From: a virus | Virus record (IMG/VR): IMGVR_UViG_3300027608_000014 | Span: 1-64,000 of that record | Direction: 5' to 3' (one strand) | Length of the DNA stretch: 64,000 nt | Shown here: piece by piece, positions 46,150-58,015 of the stretch | Layout of the letters: every line of letters begins with the position of its first letter | Numbering within the stretch: the first letter of the stretch is position 1 | Position numbers and translations under genes: made by a program | Notes under the pieces: model-generated | Told to the model about the DNA's origin: nothing | What the model saw: only the letters and a program-made list of their open reading frames with translations | Database searches by the model: none

Positions 46150-47838
46150 ATGGCTGGTGATTTTACTGACGGAATCAACTTTTCCAATTATCTTTCTAGT
46201 TTCTGGTTTCAGATGTTTTCTGATCCAGAGATGGTGATCGGTATTGGTGACGCCTATGCCCGTCAGCTATCTCAACACTATCAGGACTTCGCAGAAACAG
46301 TTAACTCCGTATCAGTAAGGGACATCGATCCATTCCACACTGAGCTAGTTTATCCAATCTTCATTCGACAGTCTGAGTTCTCAGCAGGCATAAGGCCGCT
46401 TAAATTCGGAGAAAATGCCGTTTTCGGTCCACAGCCTGCAGGAAGAACGTTCAAAGAGGGCACTACTCTAGATTTTGGACGAAAGGCAGCACTGGCTCCA
46501 GTTTACTACGCCGATCTGCCGGATGACTTAGTTGATGCAGGAACGACTATTCTCAATCGACTGCACAACCCCAGCGTAATTCTGATTAATGGGTTAGACT
46601 ATGTCTTTCAGGATGGTGTCATTGTATTCAAGGAGGACATTTTTAATAACGATTTGATCGCCAAGAGGACGACGGCTACCAGCAATGGCTCAGCTGACTC
46701 AGAGATCGTGCTATGGGCAACGAACGTTCATATCGAGAAGCTCCAGCTGTATAGAAGTTTTGGCCACCTTTTCTTTGGAAAGTCAGTCAAAGGTCCAGCT
46801 CTCAAGGCGGCTCTGAAGTCAATCTTTGCTCTATATTCAGGCGGCCCATCTATCGCCAGGCTCGACAGTTTTGTGGCAGTTGCGTGCGGATTCCCTGTAA
46901 CCGCTGAAGCCTCAGAGACCGTAATGTCAATCGAGCGCCTAGGAACAGCACAGATCGTAATCACTGATAAGGCGGCATACAGCGTAACTCCCAGCTTGAC
47001 GCTCCGTGACTCTGTCATTGTCGGAGCTACACTGACCGCAGGAAGTCCATTGACCACGGCCACCGAAGTGATCGATCGGGTATCCAGCCCTCTGTGGTGG
47101 AACGGCATTGATGGAATCACAGTTGATAAGGGGCTTATGTTGGCAGGAGTGCCGCCCCTTGGATTCTTGAATCAAGAGTATCCGGTAACACTAGACGGAA
47201 CTATCTCTATTAATGGAGTTAGTCGACAGCTTTGCAGATTTTATTTGGCTGGAACTGAGTCTGGAATAGAAGCCTTCTGGGATAAAACCAAAGAGCTGGG
47301 CATTGCATCTGATGAGTTCCTTGCCGAGATCCTGTGGACAGGCGCCAATCTAGTTGATGGAAACGGTGACCCAGATTACGATCAAGACCTGTATGTCAAT
47401 CCCATGCAGATACTCAACGATCTGATCGGAGACAGCCTCATAATCGTCAAAATCAACGAAGACATTACTAGTGATGTTGCCTCTATGTTGCGACTTCTTC
47501 GTCAGACCATCCCGTCGTTCTGCACCATTATTGTCTTAATCAACATTAACATAGAGGACTCGTATTCCCTAGTCTCAGACTCCGAGACGGCCCCAGAAAT
47601 CGAACAACTGGAGTTTGTTGATGGCAGATCTTTGTTTATCAATGACACTGCCAGCTTTGACGCTACTACTCAAGGATTCTGGGAAAATCGAGACTCAGAG
47701 ACAGGAGAGTTACTCACTAAGACACCAGAGGCTATCTCCCTTGGAATCTCTCCCTCAATCCTCGTCGATACGGTTGACCTTGGGGGCGCTTCAGTTTATG
47801 CTGAAAGTGTTACAGCTCGTCTCGAACCTACCTGTTAA
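46150..47838 (+). CDS. Baseplate wedge protein (gp7/I-like)
   Basis: 562 aa after the J-like gene; RQTIPS near the C-terminus. Confidence 0.55.
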   Translation: MAGDFTDGINFSNYLSSFWFQMFSDPEMVIGIGDAYARQLSQHYQDFAETVNSVSVRDIDPFHTELVYPIFIRQSEFSAGIRPLKFGENAVFGPQPAGRTFKEGTTLDFGRKAALAPVYYADLPDDLVDAGTTILNRLHNPSVILINGLDYVFQDGVIVFKEDIFNNDLIAKRTTATSNGSADSEIVLWATNVHIEKLQLYRSFGHLFFGKSVKGPALKAALKSIFALYSGGPSIARLDSFVAVACGFPVTAEASETVMSIERLGTAQIVITDKAAYSVTPSLTLRDSVIVGATLTAGSPLTTATEVIDRVSSPLWWNGIDGITVDKGLMLAGVPPLGFLNQEYPVTLDGTISINGVSRQLCRFYLAGTESGIEAFWDKTKELGIASDEFLAEILWTGANLVDGNGDPDYDQDLYVNPMQILNDLIGDSLIIVKINEDITSDVASMLRLLRQTIPSFCTIIVLININIEDSYSLVSDSETAPEIEQLEFVDGRSLFINDTASFDATTQGFWENRDSETGELLTKTPEAISLGISPSILVDTVDLGGASVYAESVTARLEPTC

Positions 47839-47846
47839 ATCCATTC

Positions 47847-48434
47847 ATGAACTTAGATTGCACTGTCCTCGCCGGTCATACAAACGACAAGACCGGAATA
47901 TTCTCTCCGGTATCAACCCAGCGTAATATGGTCATGTACCAGGGCGCCGACATCATTGCTTCACTTCTCAGTGGGGATCAAAGTGCCGCCCTATCTCACA
48001 TGTACTTTCATTACTCGAATGATGGTGATACCACTCCAGCCGCTCCGCCTCTAGACAGGACCATGGGCGGAAGTTGGTTTTATGACGAAGTGGATGGTGC
48101 TGATTACTATGACTGGCTTCGCGTTCCGATCATCACCGCTCCAAGACTATTTAGGTCTCCCTCCAATTCTTCTAACTATGCGGCTAATGGCATCTATTTA
48201 ACGGCCACAGCCGCAGCGTCAGAGTCAATGCACGGAGAGAGCCCGCAAGGCAATGAGTTTGGTTCCGGCGCGTCTCCCTCGCCAAGTATTGTGTTTGCTG
48301 CCGCACTAGTCTCTGCTGCGAATCCATCCTTTCCATCGCAGGACAGAATCTTTTCTCGAGTTAATCTTGTGACACCCTTGACCACTGTTGCTGGCTCCCA
48401 GCCAACCATCTTCTGGTCTGTAAGCATCTCATAA
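47847..48434 (+). CDS. Baseplate/fibre attachment protein
   Basis: RNMVMYQGADII N-terminus; IFSR...IFWSV C-terminus. Confidence 0.5.
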   Translation: MNLDCTVLAGHTNDKTGIFSPVSTQRNMVMYQGADIIASLLSGDQSAALSHMYFHYSNDGDTTPAAPPLDRTMGGSWFYDEVDGADYYDWLRVPIITAPRLFRSPSNSSNYAANGIYLTATAAASESMHGESPQGNEFGSGASPSPSIVFAAALVSAANPSFPSQDRIFSRVNLVTPLTTVAGSQPTIFWSVSIS

Positions 48435-50656
48435 TGGCAAGTCCTCAATACTGGAAAACAAGCGTCCGTCCCATTGTGGACGGCGAGAGTGTAAATGCTC
48501 AGGTTGCTAATCGAGCGATTCAGGATCAGACCTCAAGAGAGGAGTTTCTTTACGGTCAGATTCAGAACCTTAACCTAACCAGCGGTAGAGTAGTTAAGGC
48601 TGGAGTTGCAATTCACTCTAGCGCGGCACTTTATGATATTGTTTACTTTGACACTGTCTCTGAGTCGTGGGCCCCAGCACTAGCTGAGTACACTGAGGTG
48701 GACGGTGAGCCGGTCCCAACTGATCGCTCGTTCGCAACAGGGATGATACTAAGTCTCTCAGCTGGATTTGGTGATGTTCTGCTCTTTGGACAAATTCTGG
48801 TCTCAGGAACCCTGATGGACTATGCAATCGATTTTCTGGAACTCCTGGATACCGCTGAATTCTCTCTGACCCCAGGAGCATACTATCTGTCCCGTAAGAT
48901 TGCCGGTAAGATCTCCCGTGTCCCCGCCGCCCCGACTGTGCATATTGGAAACTTCAATAGCACCAACTTCTTCTTTAATCCTAATCATAAAAGCTTTCAA
49001 GAGAGTCACTTCCATTATGCCTTTGATCTAGATTCAATTCCATCGGCTAGTCAGAACTATGACGAGACAGGATGGTTTCAGTTTGTGGCTGGTGGGACAA
49101 AGTTCGTTGATTACTTCAACCGAAACACCAACACTAGCCCGCCACTGATCATTGCCACTATCAGATGGACTGGAGCGGTCGTACCAACTGACTGTAGGGT
49201 TGAAATTTATCGATCGTCGGCTGGAAGGTTCTCAGCTGTAGTTATCAGTGACGGCATTGACTATAACAATCCTCAGAGCGCTGGGGTCTACAATGACACC
49301 GTAATCACCGACCAGCTATGGCCGCAGTACGGAGAATATATCTCTATTGGTACTACCGGACTCGAAGTCGCCTTCTTGCGTAATGACGGAGTCTATGGCA
49401 GCGGAACAAGCCTCTCGGCTGATGCTGAGTCATTAATTCCAAATGCTACTGATAAGTTTAAATTCTTTCTGCCTAACGATCTACATGGCTGGACAAATGT
49501 AAACACTCTAGACATCAACTCCCCAGTAGGAGCAGTCTATCGGTACGTCATCGAGGGGCAGAAGTTACTCGATATGGCCTTTCCGCCACTACCACTCTCC
49601 AGTGCAATCATCGAGTCGAATGGAATTAGCCTGCAGCGGGGGGAGGACTTTATCATCAGCCTGGCCGGAATCTGGTGGATCCCAAGCGATGACTATGCGC
49701 CTTGGCCATCAGACTACAGAGCTGACGGTGTTGGTATGGTGGATAACAACGCTCGCTCTCTGAAGATCCACTTTTCAAGGGCCACGACTTCAAATGTCGC
49801 AGCGGGCGTTCAGAGCCTGAGGAGTAACACTCCTGCCTTGGTTATTGCCAAGTGCCCAACTGGAGAGCCCGCAGAAGATGGACCTCTAAGTATCGATCTA
49901 AATCTTAGCCTACAGGTTGATACCGATGTTACTGAATCTAAAGATCTTGCTCTTGTCGGCGTAGACGGGCTGACGTTCCTAACCGGACCAATTGTCACTG
50001 AGCTTGTGGCTGGCTCTGGAATCGCACTCGAGAGACTGTCTTCATCACTTATCCCAAACTCATCCAGGTTTACTGGTAAGGTCAGGGTCAGCAGAATGGA
50101 TGTCAATCTTGAGGGAGAAATCTCATCAATTGCCCTTCGTAACGCCAAGGAAGAAAAGGGTTCTTTCTTTCCATACGTCTCATTCCCACCACCAAGTAGA
50201 ACCGCAAGTGGCATTACAGCCAGCTTCAAGATACCAATCACAGGCGTTACCATGGGTGGCCTAACAGTCTCGACGCAAGTGCTCGGCTCAGTCAGTGCCA
50301 CTGCTGACAGAACGGCCATATTCAAGGCGGTGTATCATGCTGTCAGACCAGGATTCAATGTCGGCACCTTCGTCGAGGGAAACGCTTTCGCGGTCCAATA
50401 CTGGACAGTGCTCTTAGCCACTGGCTATTCGGCACTTAATGTTCTGAGTAATGAGGTGCAAGGTGATGAAATCACCGCGACAACCATTGCAGCTGACTAC
50501 CCATCTTCCTTGGTTGCAATAGACACAGGAGCTACCCTTAAGGATGGAGACATCATTGCTGTAACCATCACCAGAGTAACTAATGATGGAGGATCGGGTA
50601 CAGATAATTACGCTGGTGATATTGGGTTTGCCGGTCTTCGTTGGGTAATTGCATAA
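48434..50656 (+). CDS. Tail/baseplate structural protein
   Basis: 740 aa; DGESVNAQVANRAIQD fibre-anchor-like N-terminus. Confidence 0.55.
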   Translation: MASPQYWKTSVRPIVDGESVNAQVANRAIQDQTSREEFLYGQIQNLNLTSGRVVKAGVAIHSSAALYDIVYFDTVSESWAPALAEYTEVDGEPVPTDRSFATGMILSLSAGFGDVLLFGQILVSGTLMDYAIDFLELLDTAEFSLTPGAYYLSRKIAGKISRVPAAPTVHIGNFNSTNFFFNPNHKSFQESHFHYAFDLDSIPSASQNYDETGWFQFVAGGTKFVDYFNRNTNTSPPLIIATIRWTGAVVPTDCRVEIYRSSAGRFSAVVISDGIDYNNPQSAGVYNDTVITDQLWPQYGEYISIGTTGLEVAFLRNDGVYGSGTSLSADAESLIPNATDKFKFFLPNDLHGWTNVNTLDINSPVGAVYRYVIEGQKLLDMAFPPLPLSSAIIESNGISLQRGEDFIISLAGIWWIPSDDYAPWPSDYRADGVGMVDNNARSLKIHFSRATTSNVAAGVQSLRSNTPALVIAKCPTGEPAEDGPLSIDLNLSLQVDTDVTESKDLALVGVDGLTFLTGPIVTELVAGSGIALERLSSSLIPNSSRFTGKVRVSRMDVNLEGEISSIALRNAKEEKGSFFPYVSFPPPSRTASGITASFKIPITGVTMGGLTVSTQVLGSVSATADRTAIFKAVYHAVRPGFNVGTFVEGNAFAVQYWTVLLATGYSALNVLSNEVQGDEITATTIAADYPSSLVAIDTGATLKDGDIIAVTITRVTNDGGSGTDNYAGDIGFAGLRWVIA

Positions 50657-50659
50657 TGT

Positions 50660-51571
50660 ATGGCTGGAAATTTTCAGTTTCCTGAATTCCTAGTAGCTAA
50701 TTCTGTTCGAGCCTTCCCACTATCACAGGTTGGAACCAGACTGGATACAACTGGAGTGATCAATCTGCCGGATAGCCTATTGGTATCTGCTGCTATCAAT
50801 GCGACTCCGGACTACGTCACTGGTACTTTTTACATCTCTAAGGTCATCAGTTTACCAGACCTTGTGTCGATCGATCTGTCTTTTGCTCCTTTGTCTGGAG
50901 TTGTCCGAACTATTTGCCGAATCACCGCTCCGTCAACTCACGTAGAAAACACATCATACTCCATCACTGCGTCTGGTGAGGATGAGGCCGTAACTGGATC
51001 AATCACCATTGGATCAATCGTCAATACTCAGCAAGACCTGGGAGGGGTGTTTAACTTCAGCTCAGATAGCACAGCGTTTGAGGCTGACTGCTTGTTCATT
51101 TCAGTTGCACAGGTCAAGTATCTGGAGATGTTTAATGGGGCAACTTCTCTTGGGCAATTTACTGACGTCATCAAATTGCGTGCCGGTCGAAACATCAGAC
51201 TGCGCTATGTTGGGCTGGATACCATTGCTATCGATGCCATTGATGGACTAAACCTACTAGCTCCAGATAGCTGTGAGCAGCTGCCCGCTGCTGGAGATCC
51301 AATTCTTACGATTAATGGAATTCCACCGGATGTTTCTGGAAACTTTAAGATAGAGGGCAGCGACTGTATCGATATTGTGGAGGTAACCAATGGAATCTCA
51401 ATTAAGGATACCTGTGCGTCCTCGTGCTGTAGCTGTACCGAACTGGAGGAGCTGATGAGCGCACAGAGGGAAGTAGAGGCTCAACTACAGATTATCAGAA
51501 GTCAAATTTCGTTAGTTCAGAGCAATCAGACTTCGATGATTGTAAACCTCATTGGAAACCTACCCTCCTAA
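50660..51571 (+). CDS. Fibre-scaffold paralog 1
   Basis: EFLVANSVRAFPL...TINGIPPDVSGN...CCSC plus coiled coil. Confidence 0.55.
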   Translation: MAGNFQFPEFLVANSVRAFPLSQVGTRLDTTGVINLPDSLLVSAAINATPDYVTGTFYISKVISLPDLVSIDLSFAPLSGVVRTICRITAPSTHVENTSYSITASGEDEAVTGSITIGSIVNTQQDLGGVFNFSSDSTAFEADCLFISVAQVKYLEMFNGATSLGQFTDVIKLRAGRNIRLRYVGLDTIAIDAIDGLNLLAPDSCEQLPAAGDPILTINGIPPDVSGNFKIEGSDCIDIVEVTNGISIKDTCASSCCSCTELEELMSAQREVEAQLQIIRSQISLVQSNQTSMIVNLIGNLPS

Positions 51572-51574
51572 TGT

Positions 51575-51817
51575 ATGAGCCAAATAATCTGCCATCGGTG
51601 CGGAGAGCTAAAAGACAAAAAGCTATGTTCGCCAGTCAGGGTTTGGGTTGGGGCAATTAAGGCCAAGAAGGAAAATAAGATGCACTGCCATGACTGCATG
51701 GCTGAACTTCGAGCAGAGCAAGAGGAGAACCGGGCCAAGGACTACGACGGCGAGGACTGGAAACCTGGCTACGACGCAGATGCTGATGACGAAGAAAGGT
51801 GGAAGGATGATGAGTGA
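51575..51817 (+). CDS. Small Zn-finger protein with acidic tail
   Basis: CHRC...CHDC. Confidence 0.55.
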   Translation: MSQIICHRCGELKDKKLCSPVRVWVGAIKAKKENKMHCHDCMAELRAEQEENRAKDYDGEDWKPGYDADADDEERWKDDE

Positions 51818-51916
51818 GAGCCTATGCACTTCTTGTTCATCATATAATCTTAAAAGAAGGCAAAGCCTTTATGTGTTTGGAATAACTCACTTAAAGAGCC
51901 AGTATTATTTTAGGCC

Positions 51917-52303
51917 ATGAGGGCTAAAATCACATTGCCCAAAAGTATGAGCTGGCGTGAATTTGGAACATGTCGCTGGTGTGGACTCCAGATCCTGGGT
52001 AAAGACGGTAACATCAACAAGCGCAGACTCTGGCACCCAGAGTGCTCGGCTATCTATATGATAGCCACCCGACCAGGGTTTGCCCGAAAGGCCCTCAGGA
52101 AAAGAGACAAGAAGATTTGCGCTGTATGCGGCGTGAAGTGCAACTCAACAGATAAGCCATGGGAGGCAGATCATATTCTCCCACTCTGGAAAAGCGGCGG
52201 AAAGCATGAATTCTTTGATCTGTCTAATCTTCAAACCTTGTGCGTATCACATCATAATGCTAAAACTGTAATCGACATGATCGAATATAGAAAGTCACGC
52301 TAA
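51917..52303 (+). CDS. HNH endonuclease
   Basis: CAVC...ADHILP...NLQTLCVSHHNAKT. Confidence 0.85.
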   Translation: MRAKITLPKSMSWREFGTCRWCGLQILGKDGNINKRRLWHPECSAIYMIATRPGFARKALRKRDKKICAVCGVKCNSTDKPWEADHILPLWKSGGKHEFFDLSNLQTLCVSHHNAKTVIDMIEYRKSR

Positions 52304-53784
52304 TGCCAAATACAGGTGAATATCTCAATGAGAACTCGGAGCGGTCCTATCCGTTCAGGTCGTCGACTGCCGACGCTGCCCCGATACCACTAGACTTCAT
52401 TGTTTCTCTGAGGCTGTTCCTTAGCGCCAATCAGGAAGTTAATGTGTACATCTCCGAGATTACTTATAATTCTACGGCAGATACTTACTTCTTAGAGTTT
52501 AGCAATGATGCTGGAGTGGTTCTCGATGGAACCATCGATCGGACTGACCTTGGAGCTCCACGAAAATTCAAGAAGACCGTCTTAGGAAGTGGACAGACTG
52601 TTTGCTTGTTTACACCAGGACCTCTCTGGGACGACCCCTCATGGGGCGGGGGTGGAAATTGGACTGAGAATTATACAATTGCTGATTCAGTCATTGAGAC
52701 ATCAGCCGTCTTACCAGGGCCGTCTCCATTTCGTAGAATGCTTATTGATGGAGAGAGCGATCCGCGTGGAGGAGTCTGGCCACTAGATATTTCACAATCT
52801 TTGATTGGTGGGTACAATGTTGGCCTGAGCATTGATCGGGATCAGAACACTTTTACCGATGATGGAGGGATACTGATCGAGGCCGGAGCTGGGCTCGGTC
52901 TTGGGTACTTACCGCTAGAAGAAGAGACAACGTCACTACCGATCACTAGCATTAATGGGGTTACACCTGACGAGTTTGGCAATATCAATTTAAGCGCAGA
53001 AGACTGCCTTAGAGTGTTCACTCCAGTGTTCGATGGAAGGCCAATCGACAACACGCTGCAGGTGGAAAGTGACTGTGCACCGTGCTGTCCGTGCTCTTCT
53101 TACAGCAAGATGTCTGCCTCTATTTCCAGAAGAAGCAACAATATCAGGGTTCAGTGTGAGACTCTCGCTTCGACACAGGCCGATGCGGCGATGGCCTACG
53201 CTCTGGGAATCGACTACATAACCACTCACCGTAAAAACATCATTGTCAGCCAGGGCATGATTGCTCGAGATCTCATGCTTGAGAGCGATGGCCTGATATT
53301 TACGGTGCAGAATTTAGCCGCATATCCCGCGTACGCTTATCTCTCCGTTACATTCGAGGGCGTGGTCTCTGGGGCAGTTGGAGTGGACTCGCCAATCTCA
53401 GCCGTCATCATTACTGCTCCTAGTCCTCTAATCAGCAATCCTCCGACGTTCGAAGAGGCAGTCAATGAAGACGCTAGCAATATCGCACCATTGCTAGCCA
53501 ATGGCATAGGATCACTGGTATTTCCCAAGAACATCACTACAGCAATGGGAGTGCCAGTTCGAGTTGGTTATCCAGAACAGAAGTCTGGTGTATTTCCGTT
53601 TCCATCTGGAGCCTCCTCCGTGATTCGCCTCACACTGGGAAGTGACATTAGACTGCCAGACGCCAAGGTTACACTAAGGACAGTGTCTAGATTTGGTAAG
53701 CACTTGTTCTACGGAAAGCTTGCTCACAAAATAACGGGCCATGTATCTGGCACCGGTGACGCCTCAACCCTAACGACGTATTGA
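52303..53784 (+). CDS. Fibre-scaffold paralog 2
   Basis: EYLNENSERSYPF...SINGVTPDEFGN...CAPCCPC. Confidence 0.55.
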   Translation: MPNTGEYLNENSERSYPFRSSTADAAPIPLDFIVSLRLFLSANQEVNVYISEITYNSTADTYFLEFSNDAGVVLDGTIDRTDLGAPRKFKKTVLGSGQTVCLFTPGPLWDDPSWGGGGNWTENYTIADSVIETSAVLPGPSPFRRMLIDGESDPRGGVWPLDISQSLIGGYNVGLSIDRDQNTFTDDGGILIEAGAGLGLGYLPLEEETTSLPITSINGVTPDEFGNINLSAEDCLRVFTPVFDGRPIDNTLQVESDCAPCCPCSSYSKMSASISRRSNNIRVQCETLASTQADAAMAYALGIDYITTHRKNIIVSQGMIARDLMLESDGLIFTVQNLAAYPAYAYLSVTFEGVVSGAVGVDSPISAVIITAPSPLISNPPTFEEAVNEDASNIAPLLANGIGSLVFPKNITTAMGVPVRVGYPEQKSGVFPFPSGASSVIRLTLGSDIRLPDAKVTLRTVSRFGKHLFYGKLAHKITGHVSGTGDASTLTTY

Positions 53785-53785
53785 T

Positions 53786-54628
53786 ATGGCAATTAAACAT
53801 CTAGAGTGGCTATCTAGAAACAATCTTCGATCGTTTCCTATTCGGGAGGACGCACCTAGAGTATCCACCTCGGGCTTTGCCATTCCAGACAACCTTCTCG
53901 TTGATCTTTTCCTGTGTGTTCCTGATGAGCCACAAGGGGTTTACATTAGCTCAGTCTGTCTCACGCCAAAAATTATAACTATAGTTTTTGCATCAGTGGC
54001 TACCAATATAACTCTGGCAACCGCATCTGCTTTTCCTGAGACCGAGAGGGGATTAAAAAGTAAACCCATCAATCCTTTAGTCGATGGAGTTGCGGGCTTC
54101 GTCACCTTTGGATCATTTCTCAGTGATGGATTTAAAAGTGCAGCTTCTTCTTACAGTGGCAGCAACATGTTTACTGGGTCCTGCATTATTGAGGCTAAGT
54201 GCCTCACCATGATCTCATCTTTTCCGGTATCATCGATTAGGGCCTCGGCAGCCACAAAGACCATTACTGGAGCGGCTACCGTAATTCCGGGCGGATATCT
54301 CAACATGGAGACCACTAGCGGAACGGATACTGATGACGAGATTATTACTTATGTCACACTATCACTATCGGCCTCTGACCTAAGCGCTTTTGCTCCAGCA
54401 TGCGCTACAGTCCCTGATAAGGCCTTGTGCTCCAGGCGTCCTATTTTGAGTATTAATGATGCAGTTCCTGATCTGAATGGAAACATTACTATTGAATTTA
54501 TCGATATGATTACGGAGCAGATTGTTCATATATTAAAGATTTCGCTACTGGCTACCGGTACGATCTTCTGCACCCAGGTCGAGTTGCCTGATTCGCTTGG
54601 AAGGCTGCCACCAAACTACGTTGATTAA
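53786..54628 (+). CDS. Fibre-scaffold paralog 3
   Basis: EWLSRNNLRSFPI...SINDAVPDLNGN. Confidence 0.55.
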   Translation: MAIKHLEWLSRNNLRSFPIREDAPRVSTSGFAIPDNLLVDLFLCVPDEPQGVYISSVCLTPKIITIVFASVATNITLATASAFPETERGLKSKPINPLVDGVAGFVTFGSFLSDGFKSAASSYSGSNMFTGSCIIEAKCLTMISSFPVSSIRASAATKTITGAATVIPGGYLNMETTSGTDTDDEIITYVTLSLSASDLSAFAPACATVPDKALCSRRPILSINDAVPDLNGNITIEFIDMITEQIVHILKISLLATGTIFCTQVELPDSLGRLPPNYVD

Positions 54629-54630
54629 AT

Positions 54631-55374
54631 ATGAGTAATATTGTTGAATGGAGGGATGCCAACGACTCATCTAAGTATCCATTTTCTGAATCGTGCACAC
54701 TTCTGTCTTCTACCTATCAATGGAGCATTCCCGATGGACTGTTTGCAGACGCACAGATTAGGTTGCCTCACGGAGTCAATACAGCTGAGTTAATTAGCAT
54801 CGTGAGAACCGGTGGTGGAATAATGGGGACAATTGTTTCTGGAACCCAAACCATTGGAACCTTCGAGTTTACAGTGGACGACCTTGATGGAGGAGCCGTA
54901 CCCATTGTTGATGCTTTTGGAATCAACCGTGGGTTCTTAGTTGCAGGTATCAGCGCTCTCAGGGAACTTGATCAGATGCCTGAGAGCCTTATTTCCTTTG
55001 CATCTGGCAGGGCTGTCTTTGAGGGATCAGTTGTGTTTCAGTATCCAGAGACTATCCTTCAGTCTATAACCGTTTCCGATGAAACGCTTTACGGAAGAAT
55101 TGTCCTCGTTGAGGGACCTGGCATTGTAATGACCAAAGAGGGCACACAAACCATTAGAATTGATGCTATCGGTTTGATTGATGATGTCACTGATTGTGCC
55201 AGGTTACCGACAGGAGCGGCACTAAGGACCATCAACACTGTGATCCCTAATAGCCAAGGCGTGTTTGGGCTAGAAGCTGGAGGCTATTATAGACCAATGT
55301 TTCCAGAGAGCTTACGACAAATATTGAAAATTGTCCCATCTGGTAATACCCTTACCTTCTCAATTGCTAAATGA
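54631..55374 (+). CDS. Fibre-scaffold paralog 4
   Basis: EWRDANDSSKYPF...TINTVIPNSQG. Confidence 0.55.
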   Translation: MSNIVEWRDANDSSKYPFSESCTLLSSTYQWSIPDGLFADAQIRLPHGVNTAELISIVRTGGGIMGTIVSGTQTIGTFEFTVDDLDGGAVPIVDAFGINRGFLVAGISALRELDQMPESLISFASGRAVFEGSVVFQYPETILQSITVSDETLYGRIVLVEGPGIVMTKEGTQTIRIDAIGLIDDVTDCARLPTGAALRTINTVIPNSQGVFGLEAGGYYRPMFPESLRQILKIVPSGNTLTFSIAK

Positions 55375-56146
55375 TTGACGCCTATCTTGAATTCCTAACC
55401 GAAAACTCTCAGAGGAAATATCCTCTGTTAGAGGACTGCGTCTCAGATGCGGCCTGGCCAGACAATATACTACTAGACGTTCGGGGCTTTACTAGGGCAG
55501 CACCAGAAGGATGCTTTCTGCTGGCCTACAGTGGATCGAGCGTCACCGGAACATCCTGGGATCCAGGAGCGTCCAGCTCTTCGCTGTTCTTTGGTTTAGG
55601 CACCAATGCCATCGCCAGGGTTGATGTGCCCTTTAGTCAGTCTGAGTTTCCATACACAACTAGTGCCACTGTAGCTGACTCCAGAACTTCAGCACCACTT
55701 GCGGGTATAACTGTAACAATAAGCAAAGCTTGGCTTAATCTATCCGTCTCAGATCAAATATTATTTGGAAGCAATGCTCCTCTCGAGAATTGCACCATTG
55801 TTGATCTTCATCGTCAGCAAGTGGATCTTATTGGCGTACTTCACACGAATGATACTACAGAACTATTTGAGGGAGACGTCGTGTTGCGTGGTGGATATAA
55901 TGTTGAAGTGACACAGAACAATCAGAGAATCAACGTCAGTGCTATACCTGGTCGCGGAGAGCTGGGTGAGTATCCGGGTGATGGACCCGGAGACGAGTGT
56001 CGAGGCCTGATCTACTCGATAAGCGGAGCCTCGCCTAATGGTGCTGGAAAGATTACGTTCGTGGCAGGAAAGGGAATTAAGATCGTTAGCTTTGACAGTA
56101 CGGTTCAGATCTTTCTAGATACCATTGGAACCAAAGGAGGCTGCTC

Positions 56147-56150
<4 letters not shown>
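55371..56150 (+). CDS. Fibre-scaffold paralog 5
   Basis: [13 protein letters not shown]...[11 protein letters not shown]. Confidence 0.55.
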
Positions 56151-57751
<1,601 letters not shown>

Positions 57752-58015
57752 GTCAGCGGGCTATTGATGTATGTGTGGCGGAGTGACCACGGCATATGCG
57801 CTCCATGCCGAAGATTAGGTCACGGCTCGTGCTGCATTTGTAGATCACAAGCAGTAAGTTGAACTTGGGCAACTTGGCGCCGAGTACAACACGGATACCA
57901 TAAGTACTATGCCGGGCACTCGTATCATCAATCCAACCGTCACTGTCATCATAGACACAGCGCGGGCTCGGTATTTATACGTTGCGAAATGATCGATGCT
58001 GTATAGTGTTCCGTT

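Noticed and set aside
30577-47838. Bacterial contractile injection system or tailocin locus
   Set aside because: It is linked to capsid, scaffold, protease and neck genes, so a complete phage is the simpler reading.
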